From positions 19,365 to 83,364 of the forward strand of contig JAFGVC010000061.1 of assembly GCA_016938195.1 (NCBI GenBank): a stretch of 64,000 nt of DNA, read 5' to 3'. Of this stretch, positions 39,349 through 49,595 are shown in pieces. This DNA is from Tissierellales bacterium. Lineage in GTDB: Bacteria; Bacillota; Clostridia; Tissierellales; Dethiosulfatibacteraceae. Within the stretch, counting starts at the first letter, position 1, and every line of letters begins with the position of its first letter. The translations under genes and the position numbers were made by a program. Below the pieces are notes generated by a model. It had not been told where the DNA came from. It saw nothing but the letters and a program-made list of their open reading frames with translations, and did no database searches.

Positions 39349-40702
39349 GACTTCGAATCCATTTTTGAGCTTTCACACGATGATAGACAACAAAGAATTT
39401 CATAGCCTCTTCAGAAAACACTGCCGCAAGCACAAGGTAAATGGGCCATTTGAATACTAGAACAGTGATAAAGGCTAAAGGGACACCAACAAGCCACACG
39501 AAGATCATATCGACAATCATGCAAAAACGTGTATCTCCGCCACTTCTAAGAATACCAACGATAATCATGTAGGTTTCCATTTTGGGTGTCATATATAAAG
39601 CAGCAACAATTAATGACATACCAAGCATATAATTAGTCTTTTCGCTGAAATCATAAAAAGCAATAATTGGATTTTTGAGCAGATACAAAAGGACAGATAC
39701 CATAATTGAAAATATAAAAGTAATCTTGATAAACCTTCTGGCATAGTCAAAAGCCAATTCAGTTTCGTTTCTTCCTAACTCGTTGCCAATCATTACAGCG
39801 CACGCGCTACCTATTCCGAAAAATACAGATTGAAAAAAGTCCGAAATAGTAAAGGTGACTTGAACAACAGCGACTGCATCAGAACCAATCATTCCATAAG
39901 CGATATAATATACAGATGTGCCTAAGACCCACATGGATTCATTGATAAAAACAGGTAAGGAGGTTCTAAAAACCTTTTTAACAAAGGGAGCTTCCCATCC
40001 AAAATAATCTGAAAAATTTCCTCTTAGAGGATGATGATCAGTAGAGTAGATATATAAAATCAACATTGTAAATTCGAGCAGTCTAGCAATTAAGGTAGCA
40101 TAGGCGGCTCCTTTGACACCTAAAGCAGGGAAACCAAATTTACCGTATATAAGGATATAATTTAAAAAAGTATTGGTAAGGATAGCCATAACATTAATTA
40201 AGGTAGGTCTCTTTAGCAAATGGATTGATCGTGAATTAAAGCTCATAGCAAAAGACATCGCAATAAACACAAAGGAAAAGCCAATAATTTTCAGATATTC
40301 AACGCCATAGGCAATTACAGACGCTTCTTTAATAAATAGAGACATGACTTGCACTGGGAAGAATATAACAATAATAGAAAAAAATAATGCGACTAAGAAG
40401 CCAATTACAATTTCTAAACCAAAAACCTTGCGAATGTTTTTAACGTCCTTGATACCCCAATATTGTGAGATAAATACGGAAGCGCCACTATAAAAACCAA
40501 AGCAAAAAATTGCGAAAATGAAATAGATGCGATTAGCGATGCCAACGGCAGCTAATTCTACTTCTCCAAGTCTTCCAATCATAATCGTGTCTACCATGTT
40601 CAATCCTATGCTAATTAAATGTTGAATAACAACGGGCACGGCTATGGTCATCATGGTTGCATAAAATTTTTGATCATCAAGGGTCGTATTTTTTAAAATC
40701 AT
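39329..40702 (-). CDS. MATE-family efflux transporter
   Basis: 457 aa with 12 predicted TM helices. MATE-like N-terminus (TMMTIAVPVVIQHLISIGLNMVDTIMIGRLG). Confidence 0.88.
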   Translation of the reverse strand: MILKNTTLDDQKFYATMMTIAVPVVIQHLISIGLNMVDTIMIGRLGEVELAAVGIANRIYFIFAIFCFGFYSGASVFISQYWGIKDVKNIRKVFGLEIVIGFLVALFFSIIVIFFPVQVMSLFIKEASVIAYGVEYLKIIGFSFVFIAMSFAMSFNSRSIHLLKRPTLINVMAILTNTFLNYILIYGKFGFPALGVKGAAYATLIARLLEFTMLILYIYSTDHHPLRGNFSDYFGWEAPFVKKVFRTSLPVFINESMWVLGTSVYYIAYGMIGSDAVAVVQVTFTISDFFQSVFFGIGSACAVMIGNELGRNETELAFDYARRFIKITFIFSIMVSVLLYLLKNPIIAFYDFSEKTNYMLGMSLIVAALYMTPKMETYMIIVGILRSGGDTRFCMIVDMIFVWLVGVPLAFITVLVFKWPIYLVLAAVFSEEAMKFFVVYHRVKAQKWIRSLIADVQ

Positions 40703-40806
40703 AATAGCTCCTAAATATGTGACGATTTATTTTATCATATCTATTCTAAACAAGGAATGCTATCAAAAAAATATTTACACGATATGATTTTATTTACCGA
40801 ATTGTA

Positions 40807-40947
40807 TTGACTTTTAAGTAGATATATAGTATTTTATAGACAATTGAACCTTTAATTTGGCACGAGAGGCTAAAAAGGATGAATTAAATAGAATGATTCG
40901 GTATGTTATGCCTTTCTCTCGCCACGTAGGGAAAGGTATTTTATTTT
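40807..40947 (+). promoter_or_regulatory. pyr operon promoter and PyrR-type transcription attenuator (putative)
   Basis: TTGACT (40807-40812), a 17 nt spacer, then TATTTT. GGCACGAGAGGCTAAAAAGG resembles the PyrR binding loop (..CCAGAGAGGCU..). The 9-bp terminator CCTTTCTCT/AGGGAAAGG (40911-40936) is followed by TATTTTATTTT. GAGAGGC can pair with GCCTTTCTC as an antiterminator. Confidence 0.5.
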
Positions 40948-40978
40948 GGAAAAACTTTAGAGACTCAAGGAGGCAAAT

Positions 40979-41908
40979 ATGTTAAAAGGTAGGCATTTGA
41001 TCGACCCCATGGATTTGAGCGTTGAAGAACTTGAACGATTATTTGAACTGGCGGGCAAAATAATTGAGGACCCCAAAAAATACGCAGAATCATGCAAGGG
41101 ATATTTATTGGCAACGTGTTTTTATGAACCAAGCACTAGAACAAGACTTAGCTTTGAAGCAGCAATGCTAAGACTTGGAGGACAAGTGCTTGGTTTTTCA
41201 TCGTCAGACAGTTCCTCGGCCTCAAAAGGAGAAAGTGTCAAGGATACCATTCAGACAATTGGGTGTTATGCCGATATATGTGCCATGAGACATCCAAAGG
41301 AAGGAGCACCCAAGGTTGCGGCTTTAGCATCACCTATTCCTGTAATCAATGCAGGAGACGGAGGTCATCAGCACCCCACACAAACATTAACAGACCTTCT
41401 AACGATACGTTCACTCAAAGGCAGACTATCCAATTTCACCGTTGGATTATGCGGAGATTTAAAATTCGGAAGGACTGTACATTCATTGATTAAAGCTTTA
41501 GCAAGATATGATGGAATCAAGTTTGTACTGATTTCTCCTGAAGAGCTCAAAATTCCTGATTACATCAGAGAAGAAATTCTAATTAAGAATAATATCGAAT
41601 TTGAAGAAATAGAACGGCTTGAACATACGATAGGAACGCTTGACATCTTATATATGACAAGAGTTCAAAGAGAGAGATTTTTTAATGAAGCGGACTACAT
41701 TCGACTAAAGGATTCATACATATTGGATAAATCGAAAATGAAGATGGCGAAAGAGGATTTAGCCGTACTCCATCCATTACCTCGGGTGAATGAAATATCG
41801 GTAGAAATTGACAATGACCCAAGGGCTGTCTATTTTAAACAGGCTAAATATGGTATGTTTGTCAGAATGGCGTTAATCATTAAGTTGTTGGGGGTAGAAG
41901 AATGTTAA
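40979..41908 (+). CDS. pyrB: aspartate carbamoyltransferase catalytic subunit
   Basis: [20 protein letters not shown]. Confidence 0.97.
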   Translation: MLKGRHLIDPMDLSVEELERLFELAGKIIEDPKKYAESCKGYLLATCFYEPSTRTRLSFEAAMLRLGGQVLGFSSSDSSSASKGESVKDTIQTIGCYADICAMRHPKEGAPKVAALASPIPVINAGDGGHQHPTQTLTDLLTIRSLKGRLSNFTVGLCGDLKFGRTVHSLIKALARYDGIKFVLISPEELKIPDYIREEILIKNNIEFEEIERLEHTIGTLDILYMTRVQRERFFNEADYIRLKDSYILDKSKMKMAKEDLAVLHPLPRVNEISVEIDNDPRAVYFKQAKYGMFVRMALIIKLLGVEEC

Positions 41909-42339
41909 AAGTAGATTCAATCGAAAAAGGAATTGTCATTGACCATATAGCTGCAGGAAAAGGGATGAAGATATATAAATATTTAAATCTCGACACCGCT
42001 CAGTTTACAGTCGCTTTAATCAAAAATGTCTGTTCAAAAAAAATGGGTAAAAAGGACATCATAAAAATAGAGAATGTTATTGATATAGACATTGACGTCT
42101 TGGGATTTATTGATCACAACATTACCATTAATATCATTGAGGATTCAATGATTGTAAGGAAAGTGAACTTAGCCTTGCCGAAAGAGGTTAAAAATGTAGT
42201 AAAATGTAGCAATCCAAGATGTATTACATCTATAGAACAGGAAATAGAACACAAATTCAGACTTGTCAATAAAGAAGATAAATTATATAGATGTATCTAT
42301 TGTGATCAAGCTTATGATCCCAATAAGCAGGATATATAG
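41902..42339 (+). CDS. pyrI: aspartate carbamoyltransferase regulatory subunit
   Basis: 145 aa with a C-terminal Zn site, CSNPRC ... CIYC. Confidence 0.93.
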   Translation: MLKVDSIEKGIVIDHIAAGKGMKIYKYLNLDTAQFTVALIKNVCSKKMGKKDIIKIENVIDIDIDVLGFIDHNITINIIEDSMIVRKVNLALPKEVKNVVKCSNPRCITSIEQEIEHKFRLVNKEDKLYRCIYCDQAYDPNKQDI

Positions 42340-42341
42340 AA

Positions 42342-43547
42342 ATGACGACACTGATAAAAAATGTAAAAGTAATAGATGCTTACACAAGCTATTATGGCGA
42401 CATTGTTATTAAGAACGGACTGTTCACAACATTAGCAAAAGATGAAAGCTTGGATGACATTCGAGTGATTGACGGCAAAGGATTAACAGCCATGCCGGCT
42501 TTTACTGATACGCATGCTCATTTTAGAGAGCCTGGATTTGAATATAAGGAAACAATTGAAACCGGAAGCAGAGCAGCTGTTAGAGGAGGATATACATCAG
42601 TCTTGCTGATGGGAAATACGAATCCGTCCTGTAGCCGCTATGAAATCATTAACGAAATACAGGAGAAAGCAAAGCAGATTGGTCTGGTAGATATCATTCA
42701 AAGCGGGACTATTACATCAGGCATTGAAGGAAAGGATATAAGCCATCTTTCAGATGTGAGAAGAGCGACACAGTTTATAACTGACGACGGAAAGGGTGTA
42801 ATGAATGATAAAATCATGCTAGAGGCGATGTATTTCGCCAGTAAGCATGATATGACAGTCATTTCACATGCCGAAAATCATTATTTCTCTGATACAAATA
42901 TGAGATTGGCTGAAAATCTAATGACCTTTAGAGATATCGAGTTATGTCGCATATCCGGATGTCGGTTGCATATGGCTCATGTTAGCACGAAAGAAGCATT
43001 GAAAAGGATTTTAGAAGCAAAGGAAGAAGGACTGAATATTACCTATGAGATCACGCCACATCATATTTATGCAGACAGCTCAACTCATTACAGGGTAAAT
43101 CCACCTTTCAGAGAAAAGGAAGATGTAGCGGCCCTCATTGATGCAATCAAAAGTGGTAAGGCGGATGCCATAGGGACGGATCATGCTCCCCATTCTTTAG
43201 AAGATAAAGCAAAAGGAGCACCTGGAATTTCAGGCATAGAATTAAGCTTCAGTATTTGTTATACAGTGCTAGTGAAAAACAATACCTTGAGTCTAAATCA
43301 ACTATCATCAATCCTGTCCGAAAAACCGTCTAAAATTCTTGGAATAAAAAAAGGGCTTATCAAAGAAGGGTATCAAGGTGACCTTGTATTAGTTGATACC
43401 GAGGCTGAATATAAAATTAATGCTAATCAATTAGTATCAAAGGGAAAAAACACACCTTTCGAAGGTCAAAAAGTTTATGGAAATATCCTAATGACAATAA
43501 AAAGTGGGAATATTGTTTATAAAGGAGAAGAATATGATTGCAGATAA
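42342..43547 (+). CDS. pyrC: dihydroorotase
   Basis: DTHAHFREPG, GTDHAPH. Confidence 0.93.
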   Translation: MTTLIKNVKVIDAYTSYYGDIVIKNGLFTTLAKDESLDDIRVIDGKGLTAMPAFTDTHAHFREPGFEYKETIETGSRAAVRGGYTSVLLMGNTNPSCSRYEIINEIQEKAKQIGLVDIIQSGTITSGIEGKDISHLSDVRRATQFITDDGKGVMNDKIMLEAMYFASKHDMTVISHAENHYFSDTNMRLAENLMTFRDIELCRISGCRLHMAHVSTKEALKRILEAKEEGLNITYEITPHHIYADSSTHYRVNPPFREKEDVAALIDAIKSGKADAIGTDHAPHSLEDKAKGAPGISGIELSFSICYTVLVKNNTLSLNQLSSILSEKPSKILGIKKGLIKEGYQGDLVLVDTEAEYKINANQLVSKGKNTPFEGQKVYGNILMTIKSGNIVYKGEEYDCR

Positions 43548-44409
43548 ATTATTTGATGCTGTGAAAAATCAAGGACCCGTATGCGTAGGACTAGATACGG
43601 ATTATAATATTATACCTCATGAGTTCTCGAAAAATTATAAGACAAAAGGCGAAGCTGTATATCACTTCAATAAAGAGATTATTGAACGCACTTATGATAT
43701 TGTCGCCTGCTTTAAACCACAAATAGCCTATTATGAGGCTTTAGGCCTAGAAGGATTAAAGGCCTATTCAAAAACATTGAAGTACATCAAAAAAAAGGGG
43801 TGCCTCAGTATAGGCGATATTAAAAGAGGAGATATTTCTAAAACGGCAGAAATGTATGCAAAGGCTCATTTCGAAGGTGATTTTGAAGGGGATATGGTGA
43901 CACTTAACGCTTATATGGGAATAAATGGTAGCATTGAACCTTTTCTTGATTATGTGAAAGATAAGGATAAAGGAATATTCGTCCTTGCCAGGACTTCAAA
44001 CAAAGGTGCAAAAGATTTTCAATATTTAAAAAATGAGCAAGGTGAATATCTTTATGAGTCTGTTGCCAAAGCGTTACAAAATCTTTCGCAAGACTATATC
44101 GGAAATTGTGGCTTCAGCTCAGTAGGTGCCGTGGTAGGTTGTACCAATAATGAAGAAGGAAGAAAGCTCAGAAAACAAATGAGTTCGCTTTTCTTTTTAA
44201 TTCCCGGATATGGAGCGCAAGGCGGGGGAGCAAAGGATGTCATACCCTATTTGATTAACGGAAATGGAGGCGTTGTCAATTCATCTAGAGGCATTATTGG
44301 CGCTTATAAAAATTGTGACATCAATCCTCTTGATTTTGGATTGGCTTCCAGAGAGGCCGTCATTCACATGAGAGATGAAATAAGGGCGGAACTAAAAAAT
44401 GAGAAATGA
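43534..44409 (+). CDS. pyrF: orotidine 5'-phosphate decarboxylase (type 2)
   Basis: VCVGLD, GDIKRGDI. ATG 43534 follows an AAGGAGA SD. Confidence 0.92.
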   Translation: MIADKLFDAVKNQGPVCVGLDTDYNIIPHEFSKNYKTKGEAVYHFNKEIIERTYDIVACFKPQIAYYEALGLEGLKAYSKTLKYIKKKGCLSIGDIKRGDISKTAEMYAKAHFEGDFEGDMVTLNAYMGINGSIEPFLDYVKDKDKGIFVLARTSNKGAKDFQYLKNEQGEYLYESVAKALQNLSQDYIGNCGFSSVGAVVGCTNNEEGRKLRKQMSSLFFLIPGYGAQGGGAKDVIPYLINGNGGVVNSSRGIIGAYKNCDINPLDFGLASREAVIHMRDEIRAELKNEK

Positions 44410-45127
44410 GACAACCATCATTTTAAATAACAGCCAAGTAGCGGATGATATATTCAGAATGACCGTTAAAACAAAATCCATTCCTCAACCGGGACAGTTT
44501 TTTATGATCAAAGGACTTTATGGAGATTATCTTCTCCCTAGACCTATCAGCGTTCATGATTATGACGATGGCAAGCTCGTATTTCTATATCGGGTAAACG
44601 GACATGGAACAAAAATGTTTAGTGAGATGAAACAAGAATCAGCCATACAGCTGCTCGGTCCGTTAGGAAATGGCTTTGATTATGAATCCTTTCAAGGGAA
44701 GACTGCCATTATTGGAGGGGGAATAGGGGTAGCGCCTTTATTATACCTTGTGAAAAAATTGGACTCAAAAAATACAGACGTTTTTTTAGGCTTCAAAGAT
44801 GAAGTATATGCCGTGGATGATTTCATTCGAACCGGTGCAACCGTTAAAGTTGCAACCGAAGACGGCAGGGCTGGAGAAAAGGGATATGTGACGGATTTGA
44901 TAGATTATTCAAAGTATAAAACAGTGATTACTTGTGGGCCGGAGGTGATGATGAAAAAAATCATCAAAAGCTGCATAGAGAAAAAAATAAATGTATTGGC
45001 TTCTCTCGAAGAAAGAATGGCTTGTGGAGTGGGGGCGTGTTTGGGATGTGTGACAAAGACGATTCACGGCAATAAAAGAGTTTGCAAGGACGGTCCGATT
45101 TTCGATGGTAGAGATTTAATCATATAA
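44399..45127 (+). CDS. pyrK: dihydroorotate dehydrogenase electron-transfer subunit
   Basis: FNR-like fold (RPISV) and a C-terminal 2Fe-2S site, CGVGACLGC...C. Confidence 0.92.
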   Translation: MRNETTIILNNSQVADDIFRMTVKTKSIPQPGQFFMIKGLYGDYLLPRPISVHDYDDGKLVFLYRVNGHGTKMFSEMKQESAIQLLGPLGNGFDYESFQGKTAIIGGGIGVAPLLYLVKKLDSKNTDVFLGFKDEVYAVDDFIRTGATVKVATEDGRAGEKGYVTDLIDYSKYKTVITCGPEVMMKKIIKSCIEKKINVLASLEERMACGVGACLGCVTKTIHGNKRVCKDGPIFDGRDLII

Positions 45128-45142
45128 GAGGGGGAAAATCAG

Positions 45143-46045
45143 ATGGCAAATATAAGCGTTGATTTTTTAGGAATTAATTTTAAAAATCCAATCGTTGCAG
45201 CTAGTGGGACCTTTGGATTTGGAGAAGAGTATCATGAAATATATGACGTGGGTCTTTTAGGAGGTATTAGCTCCAAGGGTCTTACGCTGAAAGAAAAACA
45301 AGGAAATGAAGGCATTAGATTATGGGAAACTCCCATGGGGCTAATGAACAGCATTGGTTTGCAAAATCCAGGTGTTGAAAGCTTTATTGCTGCGGAAATA
45401 CCAAAAATGAAAAAGCATAAAAACATAATCATTGCAAACTTGGGAGGCAATACATTAGAGGATTATCTTGAAGGAATCAGGCTTCTTAATCATTCGGGAG
45501 TTGACATAATAGAATTGAATATATCCTGTCCGAATGTCAAAGCAGGAGGGATGGCTTTTGGCATTAAGGCTGAAGTCGCATACGAAATTGTTAAAAAAAC
45601 AAAACAAGCAAGCAAAAAACCATTGATGGTTAAACTTTCACCCAATGCTGAAAACATGACGGACATGGCATTGGCCTGCGAGGCAGCAGGTGCGGATGCC
45701 TTATCTTTAATTAATACTCTAAACGCAATGGCAATAGATATCTATAGAAGAAAACCCGTATTCAACAATATCTATGCCGGGCTATCAGGACCGGCCATAA
45801 AGCCCATCGCATTACGTATGGTTCACCAAGCCGCAAAAGCAGTGAAAATTCCAATCTGTGGAATAGGTGGCATTAGCTCGGGCAAGGACGCAATAGAATT
45901 TATGATGGCAGGAGCAACTTTGGTACAGATAGGCACAGCTAATTTTGTCAAAGCAGATATCATACCGGATATTATTGAAGAAATACAAATATTTTTAGAC
46001 AAGGAAGGCATTCGAGATATAAAAGAAATCATAGGCATTATTTAA
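45143..46045 (+). CDS. pyrD: dihydroorotate dehydrogenase 1B catalytic subunit
   Basis: NISCPN catalytic Cys, GIGGISSG. Confidence 0.95.
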   Translation: MANISVDFLGINFKNPIVAASGTFGFGEEYHEIYDVGLLGGISSKGLTLKEKQGNEGIRLWETPMGLMNSIGLQNPGVESFIAAEIPKMKKHKNIIIANLGGNTLEDYLEGIRLLNHSGVDIIELNISCPNVKAGGMAFGIKAEVAYEIVKKTKQASKKPLMVKLSPNAENMTDMALACEAAGADALSLINTLNAMAIDIYRRKPVFNNIYAGLSGPAIKPIALRMVHQAAKAVKIPICGIGGISSGKDAIEFMMAGATLVQIGTANFVKADIIPDIIEEIQIFLDKEGIRDIKEIIGII

Positions 46046-46105
46046 AACACAAAAAACAAAAGGGACGGTTCTTTTTGTACCATCAAGACTAAATTAGGAG
46101 GAAAA

Positions 46106-46672
46106 ATGGAAATATTAGACTTATTTAAAGAGAGCGAGGCTGTGTTAGAAGGACATTTTCTTTTATCATCGGGTAGGCATAGTCAAAAGTATATTCAATG
46201 TGAAAGATTGATGCAATATCCAGATAGAGCCCAGAGAGTTGTTTCGGTTGTAGCGGATAAGGTCAAAAATCTTGATTTTGATGTAATTGTCGGACCGGCT
46301 ATGGGTGGGATAAGAGCGGCTTATGAATTAGGCAGACAGTTGAATATTCGCACTATTTTTACCGAAAGAGTTGATAATAAAATGACACTGCGTAGAGGCT
46401 TTGAGATTAGACCGAATGAGAAAATTCTAATCATGGAAGATGTGGTCACAACGGCTAAATCTTCACTAGAAACAGCGGCTGTTTTAGAAGCCTTAGGGGG
46501 TCAAGTGATAGGGATAGCTTGCCTAGTAGATCGAAAAGTAAGCCGGATCGACTTACCAATTTATAGTGCTATGGAATTATATTTTGAAACCTATGATCAA
46601 AATGATTGTCCAGAGTGCAAAAAAGGCTCTCAAGCTATAAAGCCCGGGAGCCGGATTATCTTTAACGAATAA
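46106..46672 (+). CDS. pyrE: orotate phosphoribosyltransferase
   Basis: PRPP-binding motif ILIMEDVVTTAKS. Confidence 0.93.
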   Translation: MEILDLFKESEAVLEGHFLLSSGRHSQKYIQCERLMQYPDRAQRVVSVVADKVKNLDFDVIVGPAMGGIRAAYELGRQLNIRTIFTERVDNKMTLRRGFEIRPNEKILIMEDVVTTAKSSLETAAVLEALGGQVIGIACLVDRKVSRIDLPIYSAMELYFETYDQNDCPECKKGSQAIKPGSRIIFNE

Positions 46673-46673
46673 A

Positions 46674-47771
46674 TCATTCAAATTTATCATAAAGGATATT
46701 TTCGTCTATAAATCCTTTGTCTTTGAGCAAGGGGATTAAATCATCAATCATCGGAGGGTTGCCGCAGAGGTAAGCCTCCTTGTTGTTTGCATCTAAAATA
46801 TATTTGGAGACTAAATCGGTTACCCTACCTATTTCCCCGTTCCAATTGCATTCAGGTGTAGGTCTGGATAGAACCAGTACAAGCTTAAATTCATACATGG
46901 TTTTTTCGAGTGAGTGAAGCTCATCAATCAAAAATAGGTCTTTCCTTGTACGGGCACCAAAAAAGAAGGTAACTTTTCTCTCAATATTGTTTTCATTCAT
47001 ATATCTTAAAATGCTCATAATAGGCGCAATGCCCGTTCCGATTGCAAACATCAACATATCCTTGTCACCTTCCCGATAATAAAAATCGCCAAAGGGACCA
47101 ACAATAGAAAGCTTATCTCCAACCTTGAGGTATTTGTGAATGTAGGTTGTGCAAATGCCATCCGGGACATAGCCTATAAAAAGTTCGATAGCATGCTTTG
47201 AGCTTGGGGGTGTTGCAATGGAATAAGCACGATAGACTTCCTCGTTTCCCTCATAGGGAGGAGTCAGAATTTGCACGTACTGTCCGGGCTTGTAGTCTAA
47301 TGATTCATTCTCCGGAAGTTTAAAGTTAATTTTTTTAATCTTTGACGTGAGGTCCTCAATACCGGTTACTAGATAAGTGAGCTGTTTGACATTAAAAAGC
47401 TCTTCAGGTATCTCTATTTCTATATCTTGCTTGACTTTTAATTGACAGGAGAGGCGAATTCCGTCAACTCTTTCTTTTTCTGTGACATATCCTTTTTCTG
47501 TGGAAAGAAAAGGACCTCCTCCTGATATGACTTTTACTTTGCAGTAGCCGCAGCTCCCTTTTCCTCCACAAGCGGAAGGGATAAAGATATTTTGTTCATT
47601 CAAGGTTGAAAGCAGAGAATCTCCTCCTTCAACAAGATATTCCTTGCTTTGATTAATAATCAGTTTTTTTGTACCATAATTAGCAATTGTTTTATTTGCA
47701 ATTGATAGCAGAAGGGATAATAATCCGGTAATTGTAGATAGGGTCAGTACCGTTTTCAGTATATTTTCCAT
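46674..47771 (-). CDS. nqrF: NqrF-like subunit: N-terminal TM helix, plant-type 2Fe-2S ferredoxin, FAD/NADH-binding FNR module
   Basis: ACGGKGSCGYCKV...RLSCQ (2Fe-2S), RAYSIATPP (FAD), GTGIAPIMS (NAD). Colinear with Vibrio NqrF but about 40 aa shorter. Confidence 0.85.
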   Translation of the reverse strand: MENILKTVLTLSTITGLLSLLLSIANKTIANYGTKKLIINQSKEYLVEGGDSLLSTLNEQNIFIPSACGGKGSCGYCKVKVISGGGPFLSTEKGYVTEKERVDGIRLSCQLKVKQDIEIEIPEELFNVKQLTYLVTGIEDLTSKIKKINFKLPENESLDYKPGQYVQILTPPYEGNEEVYRAYSIATPPSSKHAIELFIGYVPDGICTTYIHKYLKVGDKLSIVGPFGDFYYREGDKDMLMFAIGTGIAPIMSILRYMNENNIERKVTFFFGARTRKDLFLIDELHSLEKTMYEFKLVLVLSRPTPECNWNGEIGRVTDLVSKYILDANNKEAYLCGNPPMIDDLIPLLKDKGFIDENILYDKFE

Positions 47772-47780
47772 GTTATTCTC

Positions 47781-48368
47781 CTATTGTATTTGGACAATGC
47801 CTGAAAAACCAATAAAGGCAAGCGCCATCAGACCGGTTATAATCAAGGTGATTCCGGGACCCTCAAGACCTTTTGGGACGGGATTGTTTTTTATCTTTTG
47901 CCTAATCCCTGCCATTGCAACAATTGAAAGCATCCATCCGAGCCCGGATCCCAGACCAAAAGCGATAGATTGAAGAAAATTGTAATCGCGAATCACCATA
48001 AATAATGAAACACCAAGGATCGCACAGTTGACAGTGATTAAAGGAAGAAAAATACCAAGGGCATAATATAATCCTTCAAAATATCGATCAATAATCATTT
48101 CTACAAGCTGCACAAAAGCGGCTATGACAACAATGAATACAATATATCTCAAGTAAGCTAATCCCAGGGGAGCTAAGATATAATGATAAATTATATAGTT
48201 GATAAGTGTGGTGAATCCTAAGACAAATGTCACAGCTTGACCCAGACTCAAAGAAGTTTTAATATCACTGCTGATGGCAATAAATGAACACATGCCCAAA
48301 AAATTGGATAGTATCATATTATTCGTAAAAATTGATGCAAAGAATATAACGACAGGATTAATTTCCAT
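47781..48368 (-). CDS. nqrE: NqrE/RnfA-family membrane subunit
   Basis: GIFLPLITVNCAILG, GSGLGWMLSIVAMAGIRQK and GITLIITGLMALAF are close to Vibrio NqrE. Confidence 0.9.
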   Translation of the reverse strand: MEINPVVIFFASIFTNNMILSNFLGMCSFIAISSDIKTSLSLGQAVTFVLGFTTLINYIIYHYILAPLGLAYLRYIVFIVVIAAFVQLVEMIIDRYFEGLYYALGIFLPLITVNCAILGVSLFMVIRDYNFLQSIAFGLGSGLGWMLSIVAMAGIRQKIKNNPVPKGLEGPGITLIITGLMALAFIGFSGIVQIQ

Positions 48369-48988
48369 TATGATTTAGCTCCTCCTTGTTCAGAATTCTC
48401 TTTAAAGATATTTTTTGAAATCCATATAACAATGGCCAACATGAAAAAGGCTCCCGGAGGCATAATCATCAAAGTCCATGAGACCCAAGCATCTCCCAAA
48501 ACAGGATAGCCAAATAAACTCCCAAAGCCTAATAATTCTCTGACAAAAGCGATTAGCATAAGAATAATAGCATAGCCTGCACCCGATGCGAGCCCGTCGA
48601 GAAATGAATAAAGAGGAGGGTTTTTTTGAGCAAAGCTTTCACATCGTCCCATGATGATACAATTGGTAATGATGAGTCCGACATAAGGGCCAAGAGCTTC
48701 ACTAATAGACGGATAATAGGCTTTTAGAAAAATATCAACAATGATCACATACGCTGAAATAATCAATGTTTGAACCATCATTCTAATGTGTTTAGGTGTA
48801 AACTGGCGAATCAGAGAAACGGTAAGTTCAGAAAAAGCGGTTACAAACATAAGCCCAAGTCCCATAACTAATGAATTCATCATCAGATTAGTGACTGCCA
48901 GCGCGGAACAAATTCCCAGTATTTGCCTAAATATAGCATTATCTTCCCAAATCCCAAGCGTAATAATTTTTTTTACTTTTTTATTCAC
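48368..48988 (-). CDS. nqrD: NqrD/RnfE-family membrane subunit
   Basis: ILGICSALAVT, GLIITNCIIMGRCESFA, FVRELLGFGSLFG. Confidence 0.9.
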   Translation of the reverse strand: MNKKVKKIITLGIWEDNAIFRQILGICSALAVTNLMMNSLVMGLGLMFVTAFSELTVSLIRQFTPKHIRMMVQTLIISAYVIIVDIFLKAYYPSISEALGPYVGLIITNCIIMGRCESFAQKNPPLYSFLDGLASGAGYAIILMLIAFVRELLGFGSLFGYPVLGDAWVSWTLMIMPPGAFFMLAIVIWISKNIFKENSEQGGAKS

Positions 48989-49595
48989 TTTGGAGGCCTC
49001 CTTTTATATCAGATAGGATGAAAATAATTTGTTGATTAAAAAGATCGATTACTGCTTTGGAAGTGAGTGTAGCACCTGATATTGAGTCTATATTGCTCCC
49101 TATAGCAGGCTTGAACAATAAATTATCTGCACGATTTTCGAAAACAAGAATGTTATCAAACTGCTCAATAAACCATTCCTCATCGATACGACCGCCCAAT
49201 CCGGGTGTTTCAGAATGAGAAAGAAAATCAACACCAAGAATTGTTTTAAATTCAGAGTCAAAAGCGATTAGAGCTGTAATTTTCCCCCACAATCCCGATC
49301 CTTCTACGATAAAGGCGTAACCTATTAATTTTCCATCATCAACAGCTTTAAAATAAGAAATATTATCAATGGTTTTCTCATTAATTTTTTGATTATATTG
49401 TTCATTAATGTTTGTAGTATTAGATGAATCAATGATATTAAATGTTTTCAAAATTTTTGTTTGTTGTTTGAGCTTCGATTGGATTTCAATCCTATCTTTA
49501 GCTAATTCATTAACGATAGCTAGCACTGAAGTGAAAACAATTGTGATTATAATCATAAAAAGGACAGGATACAAAATCCTCTTTTGTCTAGGCAT
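48981..49595 (-). CDS. NqrC/RnfG-like FMN-binding subunit
   Basis: N-terminal TM anchor and an FMN_bind domain with the flavinylation motif DSISGATLTS (49068-49088). Confidence 0.85.
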   Translation of the reverse strand: MPRQKRILYPVLFMIIITIVFTSVLAIVNELAKDRIEIQSKLKQQTKILKTFNIIDSSNTTNINEQYNQKINEKTIDNISYFKAVDDGKLIGYAFIVEGSGLWGKITALIAFDSEFKTILGVDFLSHSETPGLGGRIDEEWFIEQFDNILVFENRADNLLFKPAIGSNIDSISGATLTSKAVIDLFNQQIIFILSDIKGGLQSE

